Position numbers and translations under genes: made by a program. A stretch of 64,000 nt of DNA from Alphaproteobacteria bacterium (GTDB taxonomy: Bacteria > Pseudomonadota > Alphaproteobacteria > GCA-2731375), in NCBI GenBank assembly GCA_965225945.1, contig CBDDBZ010000030.1, forward strand, positions 96,001-160,000, written 5' to 3'. The first letter of the stretch is position 1, and the number at the start of each line of letters is the position of its first letter. This document shows, one piece after another, positions 41,240 through 51,165 of this stretch. The notes beneath the pieces were generated by a model. That model made no database searches and had not been told where the DNA came from. It was given only the letters and a program-made list of their open reading frames with translations.

Positions 41240-42271
41240 CTAGGCCCAACGAAAGTCGGTCTCGTCCTGCCACAGGCGGTGCAGCAGGACGGCGAGCTTT
41301 CTGGCGACGGCGACCCGGGCCCGCTTGGCCGCCTTGCGTTCCTGCAAGGCGAGGCCCCAGGTCCTGAGCGCGCAAGGGCGTTTCAGGGGCCCGAGCACCG
41401 CGTTGGCTCCCTCGTAGAGGGCATGGCGCAACATGGCGTCGCCCGCCCTCGGGATGTGGCCGACGAGATCGACCTCGCCGGATTGATAGCGCCTCGGCGT
41501 GAAGCCGATATAGGCGCCGACGTCGCCCGAGCGGGCGAAGCGCCCCGGATCCTCGATCGTGCATCTGTAGACCAACGCCAGGTGCGGACCGACGCCGGGC
41601 GCCGTCATCAGGCGCCGGGTGAGCGGGTCCCGGGCGGCGCGTACCTCGAGGCTCTTCTTCAGCTTGGCCAGTTCCTCGTCCAGGGCGGCGAGCGTCTCCA
41701 TGAGCGGCGACAGCGCCGGGCGTAGCGCCGGCATTCGGGTCAGCAACGCCTCGACGCGCTCGCGCCGCTTGTTCGGCGTCGTCACCTGGCCGAGCCGGAG
41801 GCCGAACAGCTTCAAGAGGCCACGCAGCTGATTGACCATGTCCCGGTGGCTCTTGACCAGTTGCCCGCGCACCCGAAGCTGCGCCCGCTCGAGGTGGCTC
41901 TCGGGGTCCTTGACGTGCACCGCCTTGAACCAGCCGGTGCGGGAGAGCTGGGCCAGCCCCTCGGCGTCGTTGGGATCGGTCTTGTTGACTCGGGTCGAGA
42001 GCACCCCCTTGGCATGGCGCGCGCAGACGCAAACCACCGCCACATCGCGCTCTTGGAGACCATGGTACAGGAAGACAGACAGCGGTCCGGTCTCCAGCAC
42101 CGCCCGCGACAGCACCGCCGCGAGCTTCGCCGTGTGTTTGGCCAGCGTCTTGGCGATCACGTCGGGATCGCTCGCGCAGCGCCCGCGCCAGAGCACCGCT
42201 CCGGCACCGTCCACCAGACAAATGTGGGTCTGCTTGTCGGAAACATCCAAACCGGCATAGACTTCGCGCAT
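41240..42271 (-). CDS. IS110-family transposase/recombinase
   Basis: GLDVS (D), LETG (E), KTDPNDA (D,D), PGVG, GFTPRRYQSG (catalytic Ser), VAVARKLAV. Confidence 0.95.
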   Translation of the reverse strand: MREVYAGLDVSDKQTHICLVDGAGAVLWRGRCASDPDVIAKTLAKHTAKLAAVLSRAVLETGPLSVFLYHGLQERDVAVVCVCARHAKGVLSTRVNKTDPNDAEGLAQLSRTGWFKAVHVKDPESHLERAQLRVRGQLVKSHRDMVNQLRGLLKLFGLRLGQVTTPNKRRERVEALLTRMPALRPALSPLMETLAALDEELAKLKKSLEVRAARDPLTRRLMTAPGVGPHLALVYRCTIEDPGRFARSGDVGAYIGFTPRRYQSGEVDLVGHIPRAGDAMLRHALYEGANAVLGPLKRPCALRTWGLALQERKAAKRARVAVARKLAVLLHRLWQDETDFRWA

Positions 42272-42362
42272 GGGTCATCCTCCTTCTTGAAGCCACCGAC
42301 GGACTTCAGGCCGGGGCGGACTTCGTGGTTAGTCGGAGGGTGACCCTAACTCAATTACGCCA

Positions 42363-42391
42363 TGTCCCCGGAAATCGTGTCCCCGGAAATC
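42363..42391. repeat. Tandem copies of the IS110 left-target motif
   Basis: TGTCCCCGGAAATC twice, with a 15-bp period. Confidence 0.8.
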
Positions 42392-42432
42392 TGCCTCCGG
42401 TTTCCCCGAAGGCATTTACGCAATCGCGCGCG

Positions 42433-42861
42433 CTATTCCGGCAAAGTTTCGCCAGAGCCGCCGAACTCCGTCGGCATGTCCTTAAACTTGGGCAGTCCGT
42501 CCTTCACCGAAACCGTCTTGCTCGCATAGAACACATGCAACGTCGGTTCGTGAGTGAAGCCCGGCACCACGTTCGGATAGACGTCCACGAGCTTCATGCC
42601 AGGGTGGTCGCTCATAACATGGCCGCCGCAGGTTCTGCAGAACTTCCGAAAGCTGTTTTCGGTCTTGTTGAAGGTGCCGATGTTGTCTTCGCCCTTGGTG
42701 ATACGCACGCTGTCGGGCGACCACAGGCTGAAGGAATTGATCGGCGCCGCCGCCCAGGCCGCGCAGTCGACACAATGGCAATATCCCATGGCCGCCGGCT
42801 CGCCGGTAACTTCGAACTCCACTTCGCCGCAGAAACAGCTGCCTTTGAATGTGTCACTCAT
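42433..42861 (-). CDS. GFA family protein (glutathione-dependent formaldehyde-activating-like)
   Basis: GSCFCGEV, CHCVDC, RKFCRTCG. Confidence 0.9.
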   Translation of the reverse strand: MSDTFKGSCFCGEVEFEVTGEPAAMGYCHCVDCAAWAAAPINSFSLWSPDSVRITKGEDNIGTFNKTENSFRKFCRTCGGHVMSDHPGMKLVDVYPNVVPGFTHEPTLHVFYASKTVSVKDGLPKFKDMPTEFGGSGETLPE

Positions 42862-43279
42862 CGATTTCTCCCTCCTAGCGAGTCGCTCGCTCTTGCAGAA
42901 TAAGTATACCATTATGATTCTCCTGCCGGCACGCCGCCCCTATCACCCCCGCCCATGCACGAGGGGTCAGGTCTTGTATGTGGCATTGTCAACAATGGAA
43001 GCATCATGAACCACGGCCCGCCCTTCGTCTCATGGTAGGGGATCCGCCAGTGGTCACCATGAGATGACGGGCGACATCCGCCCATCCCTCGACCTCGAAC
43101 GAGGCGCCACCGGCCGCGTCACCTCGATCGACGGGCCGCTGGAAGGGGCGGCCGACAGCACCACCCGCACTCGGGATTTGGGCATCCAGGAGTCGGGGTC
43201 CCAGGTCTCGAACGTCGAATCGCAGGCGCCGACCCGCTCGAGCGCGCTCGGAACCGATTCCCTGACCCCGGACGACACG

Positions 43280-44072
43280 CTACGCCTCGCGCAGCGCCTT
43301 CAGCTTGACCAGCATGGAGAGCGTGCGCTCGAACCCTGCGGTCGAGAGCGGCGTCATGGCGCTGCAGCCGTTCCAGCGCCGCCTCGTCGAGGGCGCTGGC
43401 GAAGAGGTGGTCGCGGATCAGATCCGCGTACACCAGCACGGCGCGGCGGGCGTCGAGCGCCGGCAGGAGCGTCTCGTGCAGCCACGCGAAGAGCGACGGC
43501 TCGGCCCCAGGGTCGCACGGGGTCTCCGCCGCCGCCCGATACCAGGCCTCGCGCGAGGCCCGATCGAGACGCCGCTCGATGCCGCCGTCGGTGGCCCGCG
43601 CGCCCTCGGCGTAGCGCCCGGCCGCGCGCGCCGCCTCGAGCCGGGCGTCGAGCGCGCCCAGCGCGTCGCGCCGCCCCGCCTGGTCCAGGCGCAGGACGTC
43701 GCGCACGGCGCCCGGCGCGACGCGGGAGGTGTCCGAGACCAGGAGCAGCGGCGTCGCCAGCCAGGCCGACTCGCCGGAGCTGACGTGGGAGGCCCCGTCC
43801 GAAGTCATCCGCCGCAGGCAGTCGTGGTGCGCCGCGTGCTCCGCGCGGCGCAGCCGGCGGCGGCGCCAGAGGATGTCCGCGAGCTCCTCGACCAGATGGC
43901 TTTCCGTCGGTCCGGCGGGGGCGTGCTCGCCGCGAAGCTGCTCCAGGAGCTCGGCGCGCTGCTCCGCGTTCTCCCAGGGCAGCACCGGCGCGGCGCCGGC
44001 GAGACCGTGGCGCGTCGCGTTCAGCCGCCGGGGCACGGGTGGGCTCGGGTCGCAGGGCAATGGCTCGGACAA
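43280..44072 (-). pseudogene. Hypothetical protein (NATRHGL...LPWE type) with a late frameshift; start uncertain
   Basis: NATRHGL, GPTESHLVEELADILWRRRRLRRAE. An extra base near 43335 shifts off ...FERTLSMLVKLKALREA* (TAG 43280). Confidence 0.6.
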
Positions 44073-45163
44073 GGGCTGGACTCGTCGATAAGAAATTTCG
44101 ATCGCGGCAATAATCCCCCAGGTAGGAAATCTAGTGTCAAAATACAACCGTAGCAGCGGAAAATACTTATTTCCATATATGCGGTATTAAGGTTTTTAAG
44201 GCCCGAGAGGCGTTTTTTGCAGAACGACGTTCGGCCGGGCCGCAGCGAAGCGGGAACGGCGTTGAATTTCAATATCTTGATGGTATTTGGAATATTTGGA
44301 TCGCATTATAAACGCGCTCGAAAACGTCGTCATCCGCGATGACGCGCGGCAATTCGGCGCATTTAGGCACTTTCCGACCAGGTTGAAACGTTTGATGGGG
44401 ATGATTTTGGATTTCAAGGGACATGGCGTAATTGAGTTAGGGTCACCCTCCCAACAACCACGAAGCCGCCCTGGTCTAACGTCCATTGGGCGGCTTCGAG
44501 AAGGAGGATGACCCATGCGCGAAGTCTATGCCGGTTTGGATGTTTCCGACAAGCAGACCCACATTTGTCTGGTGGACGGTGCCGGAGCGGTGCTATGGCG
44601 CGGGCGCTGCGCGAGCGATCCCGACGTCATCGCCAAGACGCTGGCCAAGCACACGGCGAAGCTGTCGGCGGTGCTGGCCAGGGCGGTGCTGGAGACCGGC
44701 CCGCTCTCGACCTTCCTGTTCCATGGTCTGCAGATGCGCAAAGTGGCGGTGGTTTGCGTCTGCGCGCGCCATGCCAAGGGGGTGCTCTCGACCCGAGTCA
44801 ACAAGACCGATCCCAACGACGCCGAGGGGCTGGCCCAGCTCGCCCGCACCGGCTGGTTCAAGGCGGTGCACGTCAAGGACCCCGAGAGCCACCTCGAGCG
44901 GGCGCAGCTTCGGGTGCGCGGGCAACTGGTCAAGAGCCACCGGGACATGGTCAATCAGCTGCGTGGCCTCTTGAAGCTGTTCGGCCTCCGGCTCGGCCAG
45001 GTGACGACGCCGAACAAGCGGCGCGAGCGCGTCGAGGCGTTGCTGACCTGTGGAACGGCGTGCAAAGTTGACCCCTGTTGAGGGGTGATCGGCGTCCAAA
45101 TTTGACCCCCTGAGCCTGGCTAGTCCAAGTCACCTCGTTTTTGGGCGGACGAGGTGGTGGGGG

Positions 45164-46675
45164 ATGTTGGTCGTGGAGACGATAGCGCGGATCCGGCGGG
45201 AGTATTTCGTCAAGGGGAAGCCGATCAAGGAGATCGTGCGGGACGTGAAGGTCTCGGGCAACACGGTGCGCAAGGTGATCTGTTCGCAGGCGACGGCGTT
45301 CACCTACGACCGGCGGGTCCAGCCGATGCCGAAGCTGGGGCCGTGGACGGCCGAGCTGGAGCGGATGCTGGAGGCCAACGAGACCAAGTCGAAGCGGGAG
45401 CGGCTGACGCTGCTACGGATCTCCGAAGCCCTCGAGGGTCTGGGCTATGGCGGCGGCTACGACGCGGTGCGGCGCTACGCCAAGGCGTGGCGGTGGCGCC
45501 GTTCGGCATCGACGGCGCAGACCTATGTGCCGTTGGTGTTCTCGCCGGGCGAGGCCTATCAGTTCGACTGGAGCCACGAGTACGTGGTGCTGGCGGGGGT
45601 GACGACCAAGGTCAAGGTCGCGCACGTCCGGCTGTGCCACAGCCGAATGTTCTTCGTCCGCGCTTATCCGCGCGAGAGCCAGGAGATGGTGTTCGACGCC
45701 CACGACCGGGCATTCCGGCTGTTCCAGGGTGCCTGCCGGCGAGGCATCTACGACAACATGAAGACGGCGGTGCAGACCGTCCTCATCGGCAAGGAGCGCG
45801 CGTTCAACCGGCGCTTCGTGCAGATGTGTGGCCACTACCTGGTCGAACCGACAGCATGCACGCCGGGAGCGGGATGGGAGAAGGGGCAGGTCGAGAACCA
45901 GGTCGGGATCATCCGCGGTCGGTTCTTCACCCCGCGGCTGCGCTTCAAGACCTACGACGAGCTCAACGCCTGGCTCTTGGACCAGTGCGTCGCCTACGCC
46001 CGGCGTCATCCCCACCCGGTGTTCAAGGACAGGACTGTCTGGCAGGTGTTCGAGGACGAGCGTCCGTCCCTGGTCGGCTATCGCGGGCCGTTCGACGGCT
46101 TCCACGCGGTCCCGGCGTCGGTGTCGAAGACCTGCCTGGTGCGCTTCGACAGCAACAAGTACAGCGTGGCGGCGCGCGCCGTCGGCCGTCCGGTCGAGGT
46201 CCATGCCTACGCCGATCGCATCGTCATCCGCCAGGACGGCGAGATCGTCGCCGAGCATGCCCGGCGCTTCGGCCGCGACCAGACCGTCTATGACCCGTGG
46301 CACTACGTGCCCGTGCTGGCGAGGAAGCCCGGTGCGCTTCGTAACGGCGCGCCGTTCAAGGACTGGGCGCTGCCCGGCGCCCTGGGTCGCGTGCGCGTCC
46401 GGCTCGCCGGCCACGACGACGGCGACAGGCAGATGGTCGAGATCCTCACCGCCGTGCTGGCGGATGGGCTGGCGGCGGTGGAGGCCGCCTGTGCCGAGGC
46501 GCTCGCTGGCGGCGTGTGCAGCGCCGACGTCGTGCTCAACATCCTCAATCGTCGGCGCCAGCCGTCCGAGACGGCGCCGATCCCGACGCCCGCGAACCTG
46601 CGTCTTCGCTTTGAGCCGGTGGCCGATTGCACCCGCTACGACCGCTTGAGGGGGGTCGGCCATGGAGCGCCATGA
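45164..46675 (+). CDS. istA: IS21 transposase
   Basis: [26 protein letters not shown]. Confidence 0.95.
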   Translation: MLVVETIARIRREYFVKGKPIKEIVRDVKVSGNTVRKVICSQATAFTYDRRVQPMPKLGPWTAELERMLEANETKSKRERLTLLRISEALEGLGYGGGYDAVRRYAKAWRWRRSASTAQTYVPLVFSPGEAYQFDWSHEYVVLAGVTTKVKVAHVRLCHSRMFFVRAYPRESQEMVFDAHDRAFRLFQGACRRGIYDNMKTAVQTVLIGKERAFNRRFVQMCGHYLVEPTACTPGAGWEKGQVENQVGIIRGRFFTPRLRFKTYDELNAWLLDQCVAYARRHPHPVFKDRTVWQVFEDERPSLVGYRGPFDGFHAVPASVSKTCLVRFDSNKYSVAARAVGRPVEVHAYADRIVIRQDGEIVAEHARRFGRDQTVYDPWHYVPVLARKPGALRNGAPFKDWALPGALGRVRVRLAGHDDGDRQMVEILTAVLADGLAAVEAACAEALAGGVCSADVVLNILNRRRQPSETAPIPTPANLRLRFEPVADCTRYDRLRGVGHGAP

Positions 46676-47390
46676 GGTCCTGGAGATGATGGCCGCACTC
46701 AAGCTCGCCGGCATGCGCGACGCGTTCGACGAGGTGCTCGCCGACGGCCTCAAGCGCCAGCATCCGATGCAGCGAATCATCGGCGAGCTGTTGAAGGCCG
46801 AGATCGCCGACAAGCAGGCGCGATCCATCAAGTACCAGATGAGTGGCGCCAAGCTGCCGCTGGCCAAGGAGCTGGCCGACTTCGACTTCACCGACACCCC
46901 GGTCAACGAGCCGCTGGTCCGCGAGTTGGCGGTCGGCGGCTTCCTGGCCAACCAGCGCAACGCCGTGCTGATCGGCGGCACCGGCACCGGCAAGAGCCAT
47001 CTCGCCGTCGCCATCGCGCGGGCCTGCATCCGCGATGGCGCCCGGGGCCGCTTCTTCAACGTCGTCGACCTGGTCAACCGGCTCGAGGCCGAAGCCCGCG
47101 CCGGCCGCCAGGGCCGGCTCGCCGATCAGCTGGCCCGGCGCGACCTCGTCATCCTCGACGAGCTCGGCTACCTGCCCTTCGCCCAAACCGGAGGCCAGCT
47201 GCTGTTCCACCTCGTCAGCCGGCTCTACGAGCGCACCTCGATCATCGTCACCACCAACCTGACCTTCGGCGAATGGCCGTCCGTCTTCGGCGACGCCAAG
47301 ATGACCACCGCGCTCCTCGATCGTCTGACGCACCACTGCGAGATCATCGAGACCGGAAACGACTCCTGGCGCTTCAAGAATCGGTCCTAA
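46662..47390 (+). CDS. istB: IS21 helper ATPase
   Basis: [31 protein letters not shown]. Confidence 0.95.
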   Translation: MERHEVLEMMAALKLAGMRDAFDEVLADGLKRQHPMQRIIGELLKAEIADKQARSIKYQMSGAKLPLAKELADFDFTDTPVNEPLVRELAVGGFLANQRNAVLIGGTGTGKSHLAVAIARACIRDGARGRFFNVVDLVNRLEAEARAGRQGRLADQLARRDLVILDELGYLPFAQTGGQLLFHLVSRLYERTSIIVTTNLTFGEWPSVFGDAKMTTALLDRLTHHCEIIETGNDSWRFKNRS

Positions 47391-48128
47391 AGGCAACCGA
47401 TCCACCTGCCGCCCGGTCGCCCAGGTGGGCCCACAGGAACCTCCCACGCGCGGTCCGCCGCCAGCCGCGTGGTGGGCGCGTCGGCCCGCGCGCGGGCCCC
47501 TCCTATGGACTACCTGTACGACCTCCGCCGTGCATCCCCAAAGGGGTCAACATTGCACGCCGATAGGGGGTCAATGTTCAACGCCGATTGACATGCTGAC
47601 CCGCATGCCAGCGCTACGCCCGGCGCTGTCGCCGCTCTTGGAGACGCTCGCCGCCCTGGAGGAGGAACTGGCCAAGCTGAAGAAGAGCCTCGAGGTACGC
47701 GCCGCCCGGGACCCGCTCACCCGGCGCCTGATGACGGCGCCCGGCGTCGGTCCGCACCTGGCGTTGGTCTACAGATGCACGATCGAGGATCCGGGGCGCT
47801 TCGCCCGCTCGGGCGACGTCGGCGCCTATATCGGCTTCACGCCGAGGCGCTATCAATCCGGCGAGGTCGATCTCGTCGGCCACATCCCGAGGGCGGGCGA
47901 CGCCATGTTGCGCCATGCCCTCTACGAGGGAGCCAACGCGGTGCTCGGGCCCCTGAAACGCCCTTGCGCGCTCAGGACCTGGGGCCTCGCCTTGCAGGAA
48001 CGCAAGGCGGCCAAGCGGGCCCGGGTCGCCGTCGCCAGAAAGCTCGCCGTCCTGCTGCACCGCCTGTGGCAGGACGAGACCGACTTTCGTTGGGCCTAGG
48101 CGTCGGGGCCGGCGGGCCCTAGGCCCGC

Positions 48129-48307
48129 TTCCGCCTGCTTGCCGCAGCCTGACGGGGAAGGGTGATCTCGCCTATACTGTCGCGGCATCGACCGCGTTGG
48201 GGACATCAAAGACACCCTTCTTCCTCTGACCGCCATCCTGAGGCGCCGGCAACTCCAGCCCCCCATGGCAAGGCCGGGTAGACAACCGAAGATGCGGCAA
48301 GGCGGAA
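48129..48307 (+). ncRNA. Putative bridge/seek RNA of IS110 copy 2
   Basis: Closing stem TTCCGCC..TTGCCGCA/TGCGGCAAGGCGGAA; target loop TATACTGT + GGGGACA; donor loop CGCCAT + TAGACAAC. Confidence 0.7.
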
Positions 48308-48490
48308 TTCCATCCGGAGAGGACAAAACTCGACTGGACAACCGGAACTCGAACACTCGAGCCTGATGGCACCAATCCTTCTCACCTTCAATGGTGAGCG
48401 AGGCGCCATGAGAAGCATGGGGAAGAGTAGAACCCAAAACCGAAAAACGGGGGACCCCGTGGACAACCGAAGATGCGGCAAGGCGGAATT
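48281..48490 (+). repeat. 29-bp perfect direct repeat in the IS110 right end
   Basis: GACAACCGAAGATGCGGCAAGGCGGAATT at 48281-48309 and 48462-48490; also present in copy 1. Confidence 0.9.
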
Positions 48491-48524
48491 ATTTCCTGAA
48501 AGGACAGAACTCAATTAGACAACA

Positions 48525-48604
48525 CAATACCTATCTTCCGTACCCTCGTGACGAGGATGGGTATTGCGTCCCCATAACTATGTTTCGGTGACACAATACT
48601 TATC
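48525..48604. repeat. REP-like inverted repeat arms (GGGACACAATACYTATCYTC family)
   Basis: Arms at 44418-44423 joined to 48525-48538, at 48553-48573 (inverted) and at 48587-48604; partner arm at 51055-51074. Confidence 0.7.
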
Positions 48605-49496
48605 GTAACTGCCCAGGTACATGGTGGCCTTTTAGGCGGCGTGGAGACGCTCGATCAGGGTTTCGGGATTTTCCATGAGCGCCTGGATGATGTTCCAGCC
48701 CTGTTTTCTGGCGGTCGAGATGAAGCCACGGACGGTGGCAAAGTCTTCGGCGCCTTTCTGGCTGCGGAAGCCGCCGGAGATTTTCTGCTTGACCTTCATC
48801 ATGCGCCCGTCCTGCTCGGCCTGATTGTTGGTGAACGGCACGGCGAAATTGATGAGGAAGCGCAGCGCGTCTTCCTTGTGTGTCTGAAGGCGCCGGAGAA
48901 GGTTGTGCCCGGTGCGGCGCGGCTTGCTTCCCCGGCGCTTGGCCTTGCTCGATCTGGGCGCAAGAGGAGGTTGTGCCTCGTGAAAGGCGATGCCCTCGGC
49001 CGTGATCGCGTCGTAACACCCTCGGAAGCGCTCGACGAGGCCTGGTTTCAGCGCCACGCCCCGCTCCCGGGCGAGATTTACCGCGTGGCAGGCGCGGCGC
49101 AATAGTCTCTGCATCTTGCGTGCCCAGCCCTCCTTCTCGATCTCGATCAGGGCTTGCAACTCGCGCAGGTGATGGGCGTTGCACAGCGCGTGCCGTACGC
49201 CCTCCATCGTAAAGTACGGCTTCCAGTGGTCATGGACGACGATGCCGCCGACTCCGCCGAGCAGGCTGCCGCGTCGCTCCGAGACCCGATAGAAGGTCAA
49301 CCGCGCGGTCGAGGCGACGTGCAACCATTGGGTCCGCCCGGCGATCCGCAAGCCGGTCTCGTCCATGTGCTTGACCGGCGCCGATTTCACCAGTTCGCGG
49401 ATCACATCGACGACGCCTTGGACGGACTCGGCGCTGTTCCCGCCCATCCGCGCGAGGCTCGCCGGAGACAGTTCCGCCCCGAACAGATCCTTCATC

Positions 49497-50251
49497 CTTG
49501 CCTATCCGGTTATCACCCACACCCACTATATGTAGTGTGTCTCCTTGGACTGCAGGCAAGGGCCGGCGCAGGCGCATTGAGGAGGCGATCCGGCTAATTC
49601 TTGATTGTTCTGAAAACCGAACCGGAGTTTAATTCACGTCACGTACTTAACATCGGGGGACGGAACGGTGGCGACCAAGGGAAAAACGAAGAAACCCACG
49701 GCCAGACGGGAAGCTGCTGATGAAACGACATCGTCTGAGCGATTGACGGCACTAGTCGAAGAAAGCGACGCGCTGGCACGAATCGTTGCGAAGAACCCGT
49801 CCGCGCCTGTTAGTCTCCTGCGCGTTTTGAGTCGCAGCGAAGACGAAGCGACACGCAAGAACGTGATCCTCAATCCGTTTACTTCATATGACGTATTGAG
49901 CGAACTTGAAAACCAGCTCACAGAGCTATTTGTGAATAATCCGGCACTCGAATCCTACAATTCAATGAAGCTCTGATTTCCTGGAATATTCCATCGGTGT
50001 CGTTCACCTCCGATTTCAGATAAATTTCAATGAAGTGACGGTCCTTTATGCAACGTGGCGTTTTGCCAAATCCGACTCAATGATTAGGATTTCCACCACG
50101 CTAAAGTGTCGCCTAAAAGGCGCTACAATGCCGTCCGAGTCCCTGCTCGGCATCGCCGGAGATATCTCCGCTTCGACCTGCACCGAGCTTTACTCAGGAA
50201 AATGGGTGCACACTACATATAGTGGGTGTGGGTGATAACCGGATAGGCAAG
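49497..50251. mobile_element. Non-autonomous 755-bp TIR cassette, copy 2
   Basis: Same TIRs as 11718-12472; TSD CCTTCATC at 49489-49496 and 50252-50259. Confidence 0.92.
49668..49976 (+). CDS. Passenger LRV-repeat-like ORF, copy 2
   Basis: Identical to 11889-12197 except for one F to L change. Confidence 0.55.
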   Translation: MATKGKTKKPTARREAADETTSSERLTALVEESDALARIVAKNPSAPVSLLRVLSRSEDEATRKNVILNPFTSYDVLSELENQLTELFVNNPALESYNSMKL

Positions 50252-51165
50252 CCTTCATCAATTCAGCCAGGCGGTCCTCGGGCAGGAGTTGGTAGTGCGA
50301 CAGGTAGACCACCATGGCTCCGATCCGAGCGCCGTATTGAACCGGGCCGGTGATGCCGACGGGAAAAGAAGCCCGAGTGTACGTGCCGCAATGCCCGCAA
50401 CGGCAGCGATGCGCCCGATGCTCCGTGACCACCAGGGGCCGGGGCTCGGGTAGATCGAAAACCTGGCGGGCCCCATGGCGGGTAGCCATATCCGGCGTCA
50501 ATCCCGAACCACACCACTGGCACGTCTCGGGATAATGGTCGACGGTGGCGTCGGGATCGGCGACTTGGCGCAGGGTCTCGCCCTTGTGGCCCTTTTGCCC
50601 GCCCGGCTTGCGGGCCGATTTCTTACGGAGGCTCCTGGTGCGCTTCTTTTTACCCGCCGGTGGCTTGTTCAATCCATCGCTCGACGGTGGCTTGCCGCTG
50701 TTCGTGCTGTTCAGGCCAAGCCGGCGCTCGAGTTCACCAAGCCGGAGTTCGAACTCGGCGAGCCGCGACCCTTGGGCCAGCACCACATCGATCAGCTCGT
50801 CTTTCGACAAAAAGGCAAGAACATCCCTATCCATCGAATCCTTAGAATCGACCAACCACGCTCTGTCAAACGAAATCTAGGCCGTCAGCGCCCCAAACCC
50901 ACAAAATCTACCCCAGAGACCCAATCCGCAGCCTCATCGAAATCAGCTACCTGGGCTGTTACTACTTATCTTCCATGGTGGGGGCCGCTGAAAGCCCGCC
51001 TCGGGTCGAACAATTTATCCCCGTAAGGCAGGTCGGATGTCTCGTTCCGGCGACGAGGATAAGTATTGTGTCCCTGTAACCTTAGGTGGAGCGCGCGGAG
51101 CGAAGCGCGGCAAGCCCGGCCCGGCTGGACGAGCCGCTTCGCCGGCCGCGCCCGAGCCGGGCTCG

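Larger units (their letters stand above)
40816..42365 (-). mobile_element. IS110-family (IS1111-type) element, copy 1, intact
   Basis: Transposase plus ~420-bp 3' non-coding end; sub-terminal IR TAATTGAGTT/AACTCAATTA; ACA at both junctions; no TSD. Confidence 0.92.
45049..47593 (+). mobile_element. IS21-family element
   Basis: TGT...ACA ends with internal TTGACCCC/GGGGTCAA repeats; 8-bp TSD TGCTGACC at 45041-45048 and 47594-47601. Confidence 0.95.
44515..48099 (+). pseudogene. IS110 transposase disrupted by IS21
   Basis: MREVYAGLDVS...VEALLT, then IS21, then RMPALRPALS...FRWA. Confidence 0.92.
44421..48524 (+). mobile_element. IS110-family (IS1111-type) element, copy 2, interrupted by IS21
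   Basis: Same ends as copy 1, in inverted orientation; transposase split at 45048/47594. Confidence 0.92.
48632..50834 (-). pseudogene. IS66 transposase (TnpC), split
   Basis: NSTNSGKPPSSD, GGQKGHKG...LAELMK, then the cassette, then DLFG...DETG...CNAHHLREL...FTNNQAEQDGR. Confidence 0.92.
48605..50962 (-). mobile_element. IS66-family element (single-ORF, ISBst12-like), interrupted by cassette copy 2
   Basis: GTAACTGCCCAGG...CCTGGGCTGTTAC ends; 8-bp TSD TACTTATC at 48597-48604 and 50963-50970. Confidence 0.93.

Noticed and set aside
40826-41367. Small ORFs in the IS110 3' ends (also 48096-48514)
   Set aside because: No recognisable motifs and antisense to the element; the region is better explained as structured RNA.
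42960-43215. GGGGTCAGGTCTTG / GGGGTCCCAGGTCTCG motifs as REP elements
   Set aside because: Suggestive, but only two degenerate copies and no associated RAYT gene; insufficient support.
48281-48490. 29-bp direct repeats as a CRISPR array
   Set aside because: Only two units, a 152-bp spacer, no cas genes, and located inside an IS end.
40816-48524. IS110 pair as a composite transposon
   Set aside because: Each copy has its own reconstructable target site and there is no shared outer duplication; independent insertions are the simpler explanation.
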